A stretch of DNA of 64,000 nucleotides. Source: Vicugna vicugna (lineage: Eukaryota). The position numbers and the translations under genes are program-made. The notes below the pieces were generated by a model that made no database searches, was not told where the DNA came from, and saw nothing but the letters and a program-made list of their open reading frames with translations. The stretch covers positions 248,001 to 312,000 of the forward strand of contig MU057880.1 of assembly GCA_013265495.1 (NCBI GenBank), read 5' to 3'. Numbering within the stretch: the first letter of the stretch is position 1; the number at the start of each line of letters is the position of its first letter. This document shows, piece after piece, positions 39,190-52,609 of this stretch.

Positions 39190-39814
39190 TGAGATAGGAG
39201 GGAAGGGGGCAGGGCACAGCCATTCAAGGAATAACCCCCAGTAGGCCTTGAGGCTCAAGATGGCAGGAGATCTGACTTCTAGCAGACCTTGAGCTTCATT
39301 ATACATCCATTACAATACATTAGCATGGCAAATGACATGCCCACAGGTGCCATGACAGCTCCAACGCTAACCATAAAAGGGTCAAAGAGTGAGAAATGGC
39401 CAACTTCCAGAGACTCCCAGCCCCTTCCCCAGGGTAGTTAGAATAATCCTTCCACTTATTAGCATATGAAGCCACCAAGCCCATAAAAACTAGCGACACC
39501 GAGCCTCATGGCCTCTTCACTCCCTCATCTTCAGAGACAGCCAGCTCTGTCTATGGAGTGTGTATCTACTTTTACTTTAACCTGAGCACCCAACCCCCAC
39601 ACCTCATGGCCTTTCTCTCACCTTCTGAAACAGCCTGCACGCGGCACAGTATGTATCTCTCTAAATAAATCTACTTTTGCTCAACAATGGCCCACTCTTG
39701 AGATCTTTCCTGCACAAAGCCAAGGACCCACACCTGGCCGGGCACATCCCAGGGACTCAACCGAGACCTGGGACTCAGCCCTCCTCATGCTCCACATCCC
39801 TTTTTCCTGCATCA
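39190..39814 (+). mobile_element. ERV1-class solo LTR, family B
   Basis: TG...CA ends with perfect TSD gacc/gacc. Confidence 0.94.
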
Positions 39815-40547
39815 GACCCTTTAACTTAAAGATTTATGTTTACTTTGCTAAAGGTGGGGGGGTTGGTTGTCAGATTGTGAGCAAGGATAGTCTTGCTCAA
39901 AGTGGGGGTTGGGGGGTTTTGAACAAATACCTGGAGTAGTTCCGGCAAGAAAATTACTAATAACTTACATGTACTGGATGTTAATGTATCACCTTCATTT
40001 TCAGTAAGAAAAAACTGAGACAAAGAGCATTACAAAGATACTGTGTTATAATTAGGATCCAAGCTCAGATGTGCAGTGAGTCACTGAAACCAAGCAGGAC
40101 CCTGTGGGGCCCTCCCTGGTACAAATCCTTTCTGTGTCTCTCATTTCTGTTTGTAGGAACAAAATTTTATTCAGGCTTGGAGACCTTCCCTGAGTCCCAA
40201 AGGGCAGATTTAAACAGTTGCTAATCAGGGAAGGGAGGGAATGCAGAGACAGAAGAAGAGCAGTCAAGAAACAGTAGGGCAGCCATAAAGCAGAGTCCTG
40301 GTTCCTCCTCAAGGAAGACACATAACAGTATCTTTGAATTCTTCTGCAGGAGCTAAGCTCTCCCCCCGACCCATGTGGAGGATGGTAACTTTAGGCTGAG
40401 CGCAAGACTCCTGGAGCACCGCCCTGTTACCTCACCACCAACCAATCAGAAAAAAACCTCACACCCCCGCAGCCCTCACACCAAATTTTGCCTATAAAAA
40501 ATTCTCCCTGGAAACCATCAGGGAGTTCGGGGGTTTTGAGCACAAGT

Positions 40548-41192
40548 TGATAGAGGAGAAATTAACATGGGGCAAGAGAAGGGCTGTGTGCCCCATCTCG
40601 GTTGAGTCCCTGGGATGTGCCCCAGCAAGTGTGGGTCCTTGGCTTTGTGCAGGAAAGAATTCAAGAGTGGGCCATTGTTGAGCAAAAGTAGATTTATTTA
40701 GAGAGATACATACTGTGTAGCGTGCAGGCTGTTTCAGAAGGTGAGAGAAAGGCCATGAGGTGTGGGGGCTGGGTGCTCAGGTTAAAGTAAAAGTAAGTAC
40801 ACACTCCATAGACAGTGCAGACCCTCTTTGAATAGGAAGGAGCGAGAGAGGCTGTGAGGCACAGCGTTGCCAGTTTTTATGGGCTCGGTAGCTTCACATG
40901 CCAATGAGTGGGAGCACCATTGGAGAAGGGCCTGGGTTCTCAGGAACTGGGCTACTGCCCACTCCTTGATCTTTCGTGGCCAGCCTCAGAACTGTCATGG
41001 CAACTGCGGGAGTGCCATTGACCACATTATTACTACAATGAGCATATAATGAAGCCCAAGGTCTACTGGAAGCCAAATCTCCCACCATCTTGAGCCTCAA
41101 GGCCTACTGGGGGTTGAATCTTCCACCATTTTGGTGTTACTTGCTGCGTTATTCCTTGAATGGCTGTGCTCTGCCCCCTTCCCTCTTGTCTC
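40548..41192 (-). mobile_element. ERV1-class solo LTR, family B, nested
   Basis: Reverse complement tgagacaagagggaagggggcagagcacagccattcaagg...tatca; flanks aagt/aaat. Confidence 0.92.
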
Positions 41193-41308
41193 AAAATCAC
41201 CCTTTCTCCTTTCTTGGCCCAGCAATGAACCTTTCTCTACTCCAAGCCCTGATGTTTCAGTGTGTTTGACCTCACTGTGTGTCAGGCACAAGAACCTGCA
41301 TTTGGTAA

Positions 41309-41795
41309 TGAGAGTGAAAAATACTGCAAACCATATCAGTAAACAAAGAATGCTGAAGCCATCAAGCCATCAGCGGCTGCCGCCACCCCCCAGTGAAGAC
41401 AAGCCTACAGCCCGGCCTCTGCAGCCACTCACGATGGTGCCCTCTGAAGGGACTCAGAACAAGAAAGGACCAGATAATGGCCCTAGATAGCTAGGTGCTT
41501 CTCAAAGGAACAAGTTCAATGAACCCAAATGTTTGCTCCCCCCATACATAGAAAGGTACTCAATTCTTTAACTTGAGATGTCTGGTTTTCTTCAGTTTAA
41601 CAAGTAATATTTTAATGTTCCAACTACTTGGTCTTTGTTGAAAAGCTCCTATATATCTTGGCCCCTCATCTACCTCTTTGGAGCAGGCCCTCAAAGCGAT
41701 CTGAGAGGCTGTCATCCCAGCTCAAGTCCTCAGAAATGTTTGCCAAATAAAGCATAACTCTCAACTTTTAGGCTGCGCATTTATTTCAGCTGACA
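41309..41795 (+). mobile_element. ERV1-class solo LTR, family C, nested
   Basis: TG...CA ends; TATA-like ctatata at ~41649; AATAAA at ~41746; flanks gtaa/gtag. Confidence 0.9.
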
Positions 41796-44700
41796 GTAGC
41801 ATCACTGTGGTTTAACACACATTCATCATTTCATTTGCTCTTCTGTACACCCTTACAGAATAATTAGGGGAGCAAATCTTATTTCTGCTTGACAGATGTG
41901 CAAACTATAGAAAGAGACATAATGACACAAAAGGTCATCCAGCTAGTGCAGATGAGAACGAACATCCAGGTACATGATTCTTCTTAGAACACTGATCTTT
42001 TAACCATTTCATGTGCTTTAGCTATGCACAGTTTGAATAGCCTTTTAATCATAACTGTGAGTTCATATTTGGAGAAATCAACCTCATAACAAAGAAACAA
42101 ACAAAAAGCAACCCAAAATAAGCTACCATTGCCTTTCTAATTAACAGTGATTTTCAAATAATAATATTCAATGTTGAGTCAGTATGGTGACATTGGCAGC
42201 TCCCCACACTGCCAGCTGAAAGGTTAAAAAATACAAGTTCTCTAGGAAGGTTTTTATAATGTAGTAATAGCTTTAAAATATTGACACTCTGAACAGTACA
42301 ACCATTTCTAGGAGTCTCGCTTAATGAAAAAAATCTGAGATGCAGATAAAGATTTATTTAGGAAGTCATTTATATTAGCACAATTTTAAAAGAGGAACAA
42401 AAGTCTGAAAAATACTAAACATTAAACATTAGGAAAATAAATTACAAAATATTTATACCGTGGAATAGTATGCAGCCAATACAAAGGATGTTCCAAAGAT
42501 TTTTTTTTGATTAATGTTTATATTCAAAACTATGTAAGCAATGTGATTCCAATTTTTAATACATAAAATATGCTTATTTCTGTATATATATCATAAATGC
42601 AAATATGAACAGAAAAAACTGAAAGGCAATATATCTTGATATTAACAATATTTCTCAATAAGTTTATAATTACCTTTTTTTTTTACTTTTCTATGTATTC
42701 CAAATATATTCAAAATTAGGCTAATACAGTCTCCTATAAGTAATATTAGAGATGAAAAATTGTTTCAATCAGCTTTTCAAAGTGAAGTCTATCCAAGTTT
42801 ACATGCAATTATGTTGTTCATAAATTGGTATTTCTAAAGTAGTTAAAGAAGTTTGCATTTTTCTCCCCAAAAAGGGTAAAGATCTCTTTTGCAATATCAT
42901 TTATTGCATGCTGTTGCTTATTTTCTTTCCCAAACCCCACCTTCCAACTTCTCTCATAATATAAAAATAAACATCAGACTAAGTTATGTTCTTATCATAA
43001 ATCTAAATTAACAAAATGTAAACAAATTATCTAATACTGATTTTAACATATTGATCATAACCCTTAAAACCTTTCTTTTAGAGAAGTGATATCATGTTTC
43101 TACCTATTCAAAATAAATTTTAATTTAAATAATGTGTTTTAAAGATTATTACCTAGAAATAATTGGCAGATTTGTCATCAAGAGATTCCAGAGTTTAAGT
43201 TTTCAGTATTTCTATTCAGAGTATTTTATGTGTCTTTGAAGGATGTATAATGTCATCAGAGTATCAAGATTAACTTGAATTTCCTTCAAAACTCTTTTTC
43301 TTTTCTCCTTTAAAAAGCCATGATAAGTTTCAAATATTATTAGCAGATGTTATCATCATAATTTTTCCCAAATGAGCAATCAGTGCAAGAATTCTCAACA
43401 CCAAATCATGTACTTTACATATTCACACAGCAAAGGCAAATATATGATTATGGTTCACGTTCATGTATTTTGAAAGTTCTGATTTTTTTGTATTAAATAA
43501 TACAGGCAAATGTTTCCTAAATATATGTATAAGAAGCAGAAAATAATGTTAAATAATTCTGAATTACGGAGAGAACTCTAGATGTTGTCTTGAAATACAT
43601 TAAGTCTCAGAATATTTTATAGGGTAAATTCTAGATAAAAACGCTGCAGCTTTTTTACTTATAAATAACAGTTGTTTAGTGAAGGTTTTATACTAGCTCT
43701 TTAGAAAGAAGAGAGAAAGAGAGGCTTGGAACAAGCTTACACACTTAATTTATTTCGCTCGTGAATTCTCTGCTACCCTCTGTGTGTTAAAAGGTAGAAG
43801 TTGGACGTTGACAGTAATTATTTTGGATTGCACTGCATGAAGGCAGCTGAGTGAAATTCTGTACTTCAAAAAAGTTCAGCCATGGGTCACTTGGAACAAC
43901 CATCATGAATATGACTTGAGGTGTGCAAGGATGCCTGTGGAGCAATGATCTGCGTAGACAACTGAGTTTCTCTAGGTGTTAGGTGTAACCACATGCATGT
44001 GCACATGGAAGCTTTAAAAAAAAGAAGTAGAAAAATTGTGACTATGAATCAAATTATCCTTTGAAAATGTTGAGTCAAAATGAGATTTAAGTGCACCATT
44101 AAAAGGACATTTTTCAAAAAATAGTAGAAAAATAGATGTTGAACTTTTTAAAACCAGTAATATATTGCTAAGATGGCTTTCTCTTGACTCTTCACAAAGG
44201 CAACCCTATTCACACTCAACTCTGGGTAACTGGGAAGAAACATTTCTTCATCTCCCCAAGATCGTGAACTTTACTTTCATCTTCATACAACAGCAATATC
44301 TGTAGAGAGAGCTAACTTCTTTCTACTGAGAACTGTCAGACTGAAAGAGCAGGTTCTAATTCTCTTAAATGCATACACACACGTGCATTTTACACACACA
44401 CTCACGTGCAAACATTCCCATCATTTTGCTAAAACAAAATGATTCAAAGATTTGACATTCATTCATGAAATATTTATAAGCAATTTTTATAGCAGGCATT
44501 GGACTACAGAGTGTGGATTTAAGGATGAATAGGATGAAAAAGGACCCTGTTTTAAAGGAACGTTATCTAGTGATTTGTGATCAAACAATTTAATTCCTAA
44601 CCAGTTCCAAGTTTACATTACTGAAAAGTACAGATATTGGCAATATTCCTGGAAAGATTAGTATCCCACGGAAAACAGGGGGAAAGCAACAAATAAGAAA

Positions 44701-45589
44701 GTTTTCTAACCCAACATAAACACAAGTTCTACAAGCCACCTTCTTCAGAAACAGAGGAATAACATTAAAAAACCTGACTGAAATACTAGCATTTTCCTGG
44801 GCCACCCTTCTCCATGATTCAGGAGGTAAGAATGTGTCAAGACTGCAAAGACAAATTCTTCTATAAGTTTTATAGTTTTTTTTGTTTGTTTGGTTTGGTT
44901 TTTCTTTTTAGTTTTGAAATCAGGCTTTACCATATACTCTTCATAAATGTGGAATGGGTTATAGATCTGAGATACTAGCGGACTACTTTTCTTCACGCTT
45001 TCTTGTCTTTTTGTTCTTTTCTCAGAGGAGAGCTGGCAGAGCCAGAAAGAGTAAAATTTTCAGTTTTAAGTCCCAGAATATGCTTCTGAATCCCATACAG
45101 ATGAATAAGAGAGACAATAGTCCTGAAAGCAAAGACTTTCATTGGCAAAAGCCAGGTTTTTGGAGAAAGAAACCACCTTTCAGTGAGAAATGTGGCAAAC
45201 AATTATGGCCATCTTTAATCTACTAAATGTGGTAACTTACTTTTGCCAACTGCTATACCTTCATTACTGAGCACACGTGTCATGTGACAGAAAGATAAGA
45301 AACTGGGAGCCAAAATAGTGAAACTCTAAGATCAAACCGACCACCAATGAGCAATCCTGCTCCATGCATTTCGTTGTCCTGAGCCTCACTTTTCTTGGGC
45401 ATAAGATGTAACAATGAACAAGGGGTATCTAAGGCCACTTTCAGTTCTAAAATCCTAATATATTAAAAAGCATTCCTGTACTAAGTCCTTTGGAAGACAT
45501 TAACCTATAGTCAGAAATTCAGCAAACCTCATCACAGAACTTAAAATACACTTGTAAAATTAGGACAAATATACAGAAACATAATTAAA

Positions 45590-46400
45590 AATATGTCTCG
45601 GTCTTGGTTTCTAAATACTTATCTACACCAAAAGGAACAAGAGTTTTTAGGAAAAAAATGGCTGGTTCCGGGGCTCTGATAAGAAAGGTCAAGATGAAGC
45701 TAAATCACTATGGCGAGCTGATAGGGAAATATCAAAAAATGTATGCAGATATGTCAAAAGAACATAGAAGTCAGTTTGAAGTTGCTTGCACTCGCCAAAT
45801 CAGGCAAAATTTGAACATCAAAATGAACAAGAACACTAATGTTATTTATAGATTATAAGAATCTCTGAGATCATACTAAAAATAAAGAAATAATGAGCTA
45901 AAACTCTTCCCTACAGTAGAATGTCAACCAATCAGCATAGAATGAATGGTAGAGAGATGCAGAAACTCTCCATAGTGGAGAAAACTTCTGAACGTGATTT
46001 CACTTAATCAAAGTTATTCTCACTGATTCTTGGGCAAATTGACATCATGTGTCTCCTGAAATGATGCACAAAGAAGTGCATGACATAATTTTTCTGCCTA
46101 CCCCCCAAAATACCCTAAATTTTACCATTAAGAAACAACAAGTAAACTCAAATTAAGAAACATTCCACAAAACAGCTGACGTGAACGCTTCAGAATGCCA
46201 GTACAATGAAAGACAAAACAAAACGAAAACCAGTAACAGCGACAACTGCTGAGGAGCTATTTCGTATTGAAAGAAACTAGAAGGCTAAAGAAAATGACGA
46301 TTAAATGTAATGCACGATACTCTATTGGATCTTAAATCGGGGGTGGGGGGATTGCTATAAAGGACGTAACTTGCAACAATTAGTGAACTAGTATTAGATA
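45590..46400 (+). mobile_element. Old L1M (L1MC/MD-like) 3' UTR fragment
   Basis: gggcaaattgacatcatgtgtctcctgaaatgatgcac...aaactcaaattaagaaacattccacaaaac...taaatgtaatgcacgatactctattggatc. Confidence 0.65.
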
Positions 46401-46404
46401 AGAG

Positions 46405-47005
46405 TTTGGGTCTGGCATCTGCCCCTGTGCTCGCAGTGCGTCCTCAGTTTCTTCATCTGCGAAATGGGCGCAGGGCACTTTGTAGCAACTTAGCGAGCGT
46501 TAAGTGCGATCGGAAGTGCCCCTCTGCAGCCACGTCCTGCACCACTCTCATGCACAGCTTCACGTTTCCAACCCGAGATAAGTCCAGACCCAAGCTGATC
46601 TCGGATCCCCAAACATGCCTAGCTTCCCAAAGACCCCTGCCCAGCCCACCTAAAATCGCCATCCCCTCCCCCAGCCCCGCATTCTTTTCTTTCAAAGTTC
46701 TTACCACTCTCTGAAATTACGTACACTTGTTACAGTCTCTCCCTAGCCGCTCCTGTGAGAGCCGGACCACCTAGATACGGAGAAACTAGAATGGGTCTGG
46801 GCACACAATCAGTGCCCAAATGTTTGTAAATTAGTGAGTGTCCTCGCCGTGCTCTTCCCTATCAAGAAATACTCTTGCCCGGTGGCTGAGAATGGGACCA
46901 GCTTGGGTTCGGATCCCGGGAGTTCCTGTGACCTCACGCCCGTCTGTCCTAGGCTCCACGTCTGTAAAATGAGGTGATGCTAGTGCCCCCGTCCTGGGGT
47001 GGTTG
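46405..47005 (+). mobile_element. MIR / L2 / MIR fragments, unusually CpG-rich
   Basis: cctcagtttcttcatctgcgaaatggg (MIR); ctagaatgggtctgggcacacaatcagtgcccaaatgtttg (L2 end); tctgtaaaatgaggtgatgctagtgcc (MIR). Confidence 0.6.
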
Positions 47006-47029
47006 AAAAAAAAAAAGAGTTTGGGTTTG

Positions 47030-47685
47030 ACATTTAAACAACTTAGAAGCTATCACTTCATCCTCATAAGAAAAAAAAATGGACAAACTAAAATCAACAA
47101 CTTTTATTAGATCCATGAAAGAATTGAGATCACAGGGCAAACCGCGATTCCTAACATTGGAAAGGCAGGTAAATACAAAGAATCCCAGTTTACCAGGAAC
47201 GGAAAGAAGCCCACAGCTGCAGTCAGTCAGCACTGGTAGGACCACTTAGGCTACGACGAATGAATTTCCAAAGGTTCAGCAAAGGTTGAGCTTGAGAGTT
47301 AAAAACCAAGGGAGCTCAGTCTCAGAAGGATTCCTGCATGTCGTGAGATTTATTGAAGTCCAGGAGTGCCACCAGGTTCCCAGAGTGAAGATCAAACAAA
47401 AATCCCCTCGTGATGCTGACAGGGAACAGGGAAAGGAGCCGACACAGAACAAGCTCAGAGCATTCTGTTCTACTTAACAAAAGCGTTCCCTGGGGAAAGT
47501 TATTTTGCAAGAGCTTAATGCCTTTGGGTTTTATCAGAGCCTAACTGACTTGAAGGAAGGAAAATACTCAACTCCAGCACCCTGTAGCCTTCTTGTCTCA
47601 CTTAAGGGAGAAAAAAATTCTGATAAGTACTTGTGAAGGTCCTAGCCCAAGGGCACAAGCTTACTAAAAATAGAGACCAGATACA
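47030..47685 (+). mobile_element. Old L1 5' region fragment
   Basis: acaaactaaaatcaacaacttttattagatccatg...cacagggcaaacc...tgagcttgagagttaaaaacc resembles L1M 5'-end consensus sequences. Confidence 0.6.
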
Positions 47686-50600
47686 GGACATCAGCAAGAC
47701 AGCAGATTAGGAAACACTGGACCCTACTTTCCTCTGGAAATACACCAATTCAACAACAATTCACAGACAAATTCCCTTTGTGCAAAATCCAGAAACTAGT
47801 TGAAGGTTCCTGCACACCGGGCAAGCTTGAAACCAAATACATTGAAGCTAGTACGAAAATTTAAGGCATCTTTTCACTATAATTGATACCCTCCCCAACA
47901 CTCACCATACAATTAGGAGGAAAACCCTAAGCCCCCAACGTCTCTGTGGGAAGGAAGAGAGTTGGTCTAAATGTCAAATACCCCAACCTCTCTCAGGGCT
48001 TCACAAGGACTGGCTTCTGTCTTGTCTATCTCAGAGAGCTGACAGGACTCAGCACAGTCTAGCCACCTGGGAAGGTAGTAAGAACAGAGACAGAGGTGCA
48101 GACTTAGAGTTGCCACAATCCTTCCCCTCAGCTCAACACAGAGCAAGTGGTTGAAAAACCCCAGATCCCAGTTCCTTTCGACAGGGGAAAAGAGATTGAC
48201 AGGGCATCCAGTGATTCAGCTTTTCTGGGAACTGCCCAAGGAAACACCTTCATTCTCGCTTGTCTCAGAGTCCTGGTGAGACCTGGCATACTCAAGACAA
48301 CTAGGGACTACTAAGAACAAAGAAAGGAGTTGGACTAGCATGAAGATTTGAAAGGTCCCCAGGCTGTCTGCTGGGCTGATTGTTCAGGGTCCTCTCTTGT
48401 ATGAGGCCAGTGTGAAGACTCTGAGAGGTAGCTATTTTGCTGAATGTGTGGACACCAGAGAACCAAGGGAAAAATAAGCAAATAGGAAAATATGCTCCAA
48501 ACAAAGGGAAAGGATAAAGTTCCAGAAACTGACTTCAGTTATACAATTTACCATACAGAGAATTGAAAATAACTTTCATAAAATTGCTCACCAAGGTCAA
48601 GAAAGCAATGCATGAACAAAGGGAGATTTTGAACAAAAAGACAGAAGATATTAAAAATACCAAAGAGAAATCATAGAGTGGCTTCAGTAATAACTGAACA
48701 AAAAAATTCACTAGAGGCGTTCAACAACAAACTAGATCAAGCATAAGAAAGGTTCAATGAACTCAAAACAAGTTATTGGAAATTATTCAATTAGAAAAGA
48801 AAAAGAAAAAAGAGTGAAAAAGAGTGAAGAAAGCTTAAGGAACTTATGGGACAGCATACAGTATTCCAATATACACATTATGATAAAGCCAGAAGTAGAA
48901 GAGAGGGAGGAAAAAAACAGAAAATTTACTCAAGGAAATAATGGCTGAAAACTTCCCAAACTCATGGAAGAAAATGAACAACCAGATCCAGAAAGTCCAA
49001 CAGGTCACAAAGAAACCAACATTGAGACACATCGTATAAAATTGTCAAAAGTCAGAGACAAAGAGTGAATTTTGAAAGCAGCAAGAGGAAAGTGATTTGT
49101 CACATACAAGTGAGCCCTGCAACAAGATGAGCAGTGATTTCAGTGGAAACTGTGAAGGCCAGAAGGGAGTGGGATGAAATACTCAAAAGGGCTAAAAAAA
49201 AAAAAAAAAACTACCAAACAAGAATACGTGAATCTCATATCACAGCACTAAGTCTACAAAGCAAACACTGACAGGAGTGATGTGACAAGTGGTCAGCAAT
49301 ACAATAATAGAAGGAAGGAACTCGAATATTCCACTTTTACTAACGGATAGAACAATCAGACAGAAAATCAGCAAAGAAACAGCAGGTGTGAACAGCACTA
49401 TAGATGAAATGCCTAACAGATTTATACAGACAATTCCGTCCAACAGCAGCAGAATACACATTCTTCCTAATCACACAAAAAATTCTCCAGAATAGATCAC
49501 AGGGTGATCAATGGCCACAAAGCAAGTCTTAACAAGTTTTAAAAGATCGAAATCATATCAACTATCTTTTATAACCAAAATGGAATGAAACTGCAAATCA
49601 ACAGCAGAAGGAAATCTGAAAAATTTACAAGTATGTGGAAATTAAACAACACGCCCTTGCACAACCAATGAGTCAAAGAAGAAATCAAAGGAGAAATTAG
49701 AAAATATGTTGAGACAAATGAGAATACAACATTTCAAAACTTACAGGATTCAGCAAAGGCAGTACTAACAGGGAAGTTTTTTTAGAAATAAATGCCCTCA
49801 TTAATAAAGAAAAAAGATCTCAAGTAAATAACCTAACCTTAATTTTATACCTCACATAACTACAATAGGAAAAAACTAAGCCAAAATTAGTAGAAGGAAG
49901 GAAGGAATAAAGTTTAGAGCATAAATAATGAGATAGAGAATAAAAAAAATCAATGAAAATAAGAGCTGGTTTACAAATACTTAGTTAGACTAAGAAAAAA
50001 AGAAAAAGGCTCAAATAAAATCGTAAATGAAAAGAGAACACTGATACCACACAAAGTATCATGAAAAGCTACTATGAGCAATTATACACCAACAGACTGG
50101 ATAACCTAGAAACCGTGGCTAAATTCCTAGAAACATACAACTTACCAAGTCTGAATCATGAAGAAATAGAAAGTCTGAACAGAACTGTCACTTGTAAGAA
50201 GATTGAATCAGTAATCAAAACCTCCCAACAAGGAAAAAGCCCGTTACCAGATAGCCTTACTGGTGAACTCTACCAAACATTTAAATATGAATTAACACCA
50301 GTCCTTCTAAAAATCTTCCCGAAAATTGAAGAGGAGGGAATCTTTCCAAACTCATTTTCTGAGGCCAGATGTACTCTGATACCAAAGCCAGATAAAACCA
50401 CCAAAGGAAATTAACACTAGTGGCCAATATTCATCATGGATATAGATGCAAAAATCTTCAGCAAAATAATAGCAAACCAAATTCAACAGCACATTTAAAG
50501 AATCCTACACAGCCAAGTATGATTCATCTCTATGATGCAAGGATGGTCTAATATGCAAAAATAATTAACATGATTCAGCATATTAACAGGATAAAGGATA

Positions 50601-51439
50601 AAAATTACATATTCATCTCAATAAATGCAGAGATATTGTTTGACAAAATTAAAACACTTGCATGATAAATACTCTCAACAAATTGTGAATAGAATTAAAT
50701 TACCTCAACATAATAACATCGTATATGAGAAGTCCACAGTTAACATCATTCTCAAAGGTGAAAAACTAAAAGCTTTTCTTCTAAGATCAAGAACAATGCA
50801 AGTGTACTCATTCTCATCACCTCAATTCAATGTAGTGCTACTCTTAGCCAGAGCAATTAGCCAAGAAAAAGAAACAAAAGGCACCCAAATCAAAAGGAAG
50901 AAATATTTTATGTTTTGCAGAAAACATAATCTTATATATAAAAGCCATAAAGTCTTCATTTAAAAAATTATTAGAACTAACAAAATTGCAGGATATAAAA
51001 TTGACATGCAAAAATCAGATGTGTTTTTATACATTAATAATGAACTATTTGAAAAGGAAATTTTAAAAAATTTCATTTACAATAGCATCAAAAAGAATAA
51101 AAACCTTAGGCACAAATTTAACTAAGGAGGTGAAAAACATATACACTGAAAATTACAAAATATTGATGAAAGAAATTAAAGACACAAACAAGTGGAAAGA
51201 CAGTCCATATTCTTGAATGGGAAGACTTAATATTGTTAAAATGTCCATAAGCCCCTAAGCAATCTACAAATTCACTATATTTCATCTATATCACATTTTC
51301 TATGGCACTTTTTATGGAAATTTTTTTAAATCCTAAAATTCATATGGAACCATCACAAAAGACCCCAAACCAAAGTAGTCTTGAGCAAGAAGAACAAAGC
51401 CAGGGGCATCACACTTTCTATTTCAAAACACATTACATA

Positions 51440-51708
51440 GTAAACAATCTCATGGTTACCAGGGAAAGGAGGTGGGAAGGAATAAATTTGGGAGTTTGAC
51501 ATTTGCAAATGTTACCTACTATATACAAAAATAGATTTTAAAAAAAGTTTCTTCTGTATAGCACAGGGAACTACATTCAATATCTTATAATAATTTTTAA
51601 CTAAAAAGAATATGAAAATTAATATATGTACGTATACACATGACTGGGACATTGTGCTATACACCAGAAATTGACACGCTGTAACTGACTATACTTCAAT
51701 TTAAAAAA
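51440..51708 (+). mobile_element. Younger L1 3' tail nested in ORF2 of the older L1
   Basis: Flanks aaaacacattacata / aaaacacattgcaaa; internal ctgtatagcacagggaactacattcaatatc. Confidence 0.9.
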
Positions 51709-52609
51709 ACACATTGCAAATTTACAGTAACTTAAACAGTGTGGTACTGGCATAAAGATAGACATATAAATCAATGGACCAAAACAGAGAGCCCAGAAGT
51801 AGATCTAAACATATAAAGTCAACTGATCTTAGACCAGGGAGCCAAATATACCCAACTGGTGAAGTATAGTTCCTTTTTCTTCAACAAATATTGATGGGAA
51901 AATTGAATGTCCACATGTGAAAGAATGAAGTTGAACCTTTATCTCACACCATGCAGAAAAATCAATTCAAAGTGGACTCAAGACCGTAAACTATAAAACT
52001 CCTAGAAAAAAAAATGATAATTCATGACAAAATTCATGACATTGGCCTTGGCTGTGATTTCATGGATATGACACCAAAAGCTCAGATAACAAAAGCAAAA
52101 ATAGACAAGTGGGACTGCACTAAACTAGAAAGCTTCTGCACACCAAAGGAAACAATCAACAGAGTGAAAATGTGTCTACAGAATAGGAGAAAGTATTTTT
52201 AAACAATAAATCTAGTAAGAGGTTAATCCTCAACATATATAAGAAACACTTTTAACTCAATAACAAAAAAAGTAGTAACCTGATTTTTAAATGATCAAAG
52301 GAACTAAATTGATATTTTCCAAAGAAGATATTTTTCCAAAAACTTTGTGCAAGTTGTTTTACTTATAATGCTAACTTTTAAGAATCCTTAAAGTTAATTA
52401 GACAATAAACTAGGCAGAAATTACTTTAGAAAAGAGGGGAAGTCCAAACTACCACTTTCTATAGAGAATTCACAGTTCAGTTTTACTCAGAACAAAGAAA
52501 AAAGAAACACTTTCTGCATGATAATTCATTTATTTACTACTTTTCTGCATATTTAGGCTTTATTTGTGTGTTTATTTCTATTCAACTTAAACTAAAAATA
52601 TAAATGAAA

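Larger units (their letters stand above)
38357..39925 (-). mobile_element. ERV1-class LTR (local family D) hosting an L1 tail and a family-B LTR
   Basis: AATAAA on the minus strand (gctttattca at ~38466) and gccatcttgg motif; sequence appears continuous across both inserts; ends approximate. Confidence 0.6.
40085..41801 (+). mobile_element. ERV1-class solo LTR, family A, split by two nested LTRs
   Basis: Starts tgaaaccaagcagg; pieces 40085-40547, 41193-41308 and 41796-41801; outer TSD tcac (40081-84) / tcac (41802-05). Confidence 0.88.

Noticed and set aside
22113..39814. A 17.7-kb provirus bounded by two same-orientation family-B LTRs
   Set aside because: Each LTR has its own perfect TSD (cctc; gacc) and no gag/pol/env lies between them, so they are independent solo LTRs.
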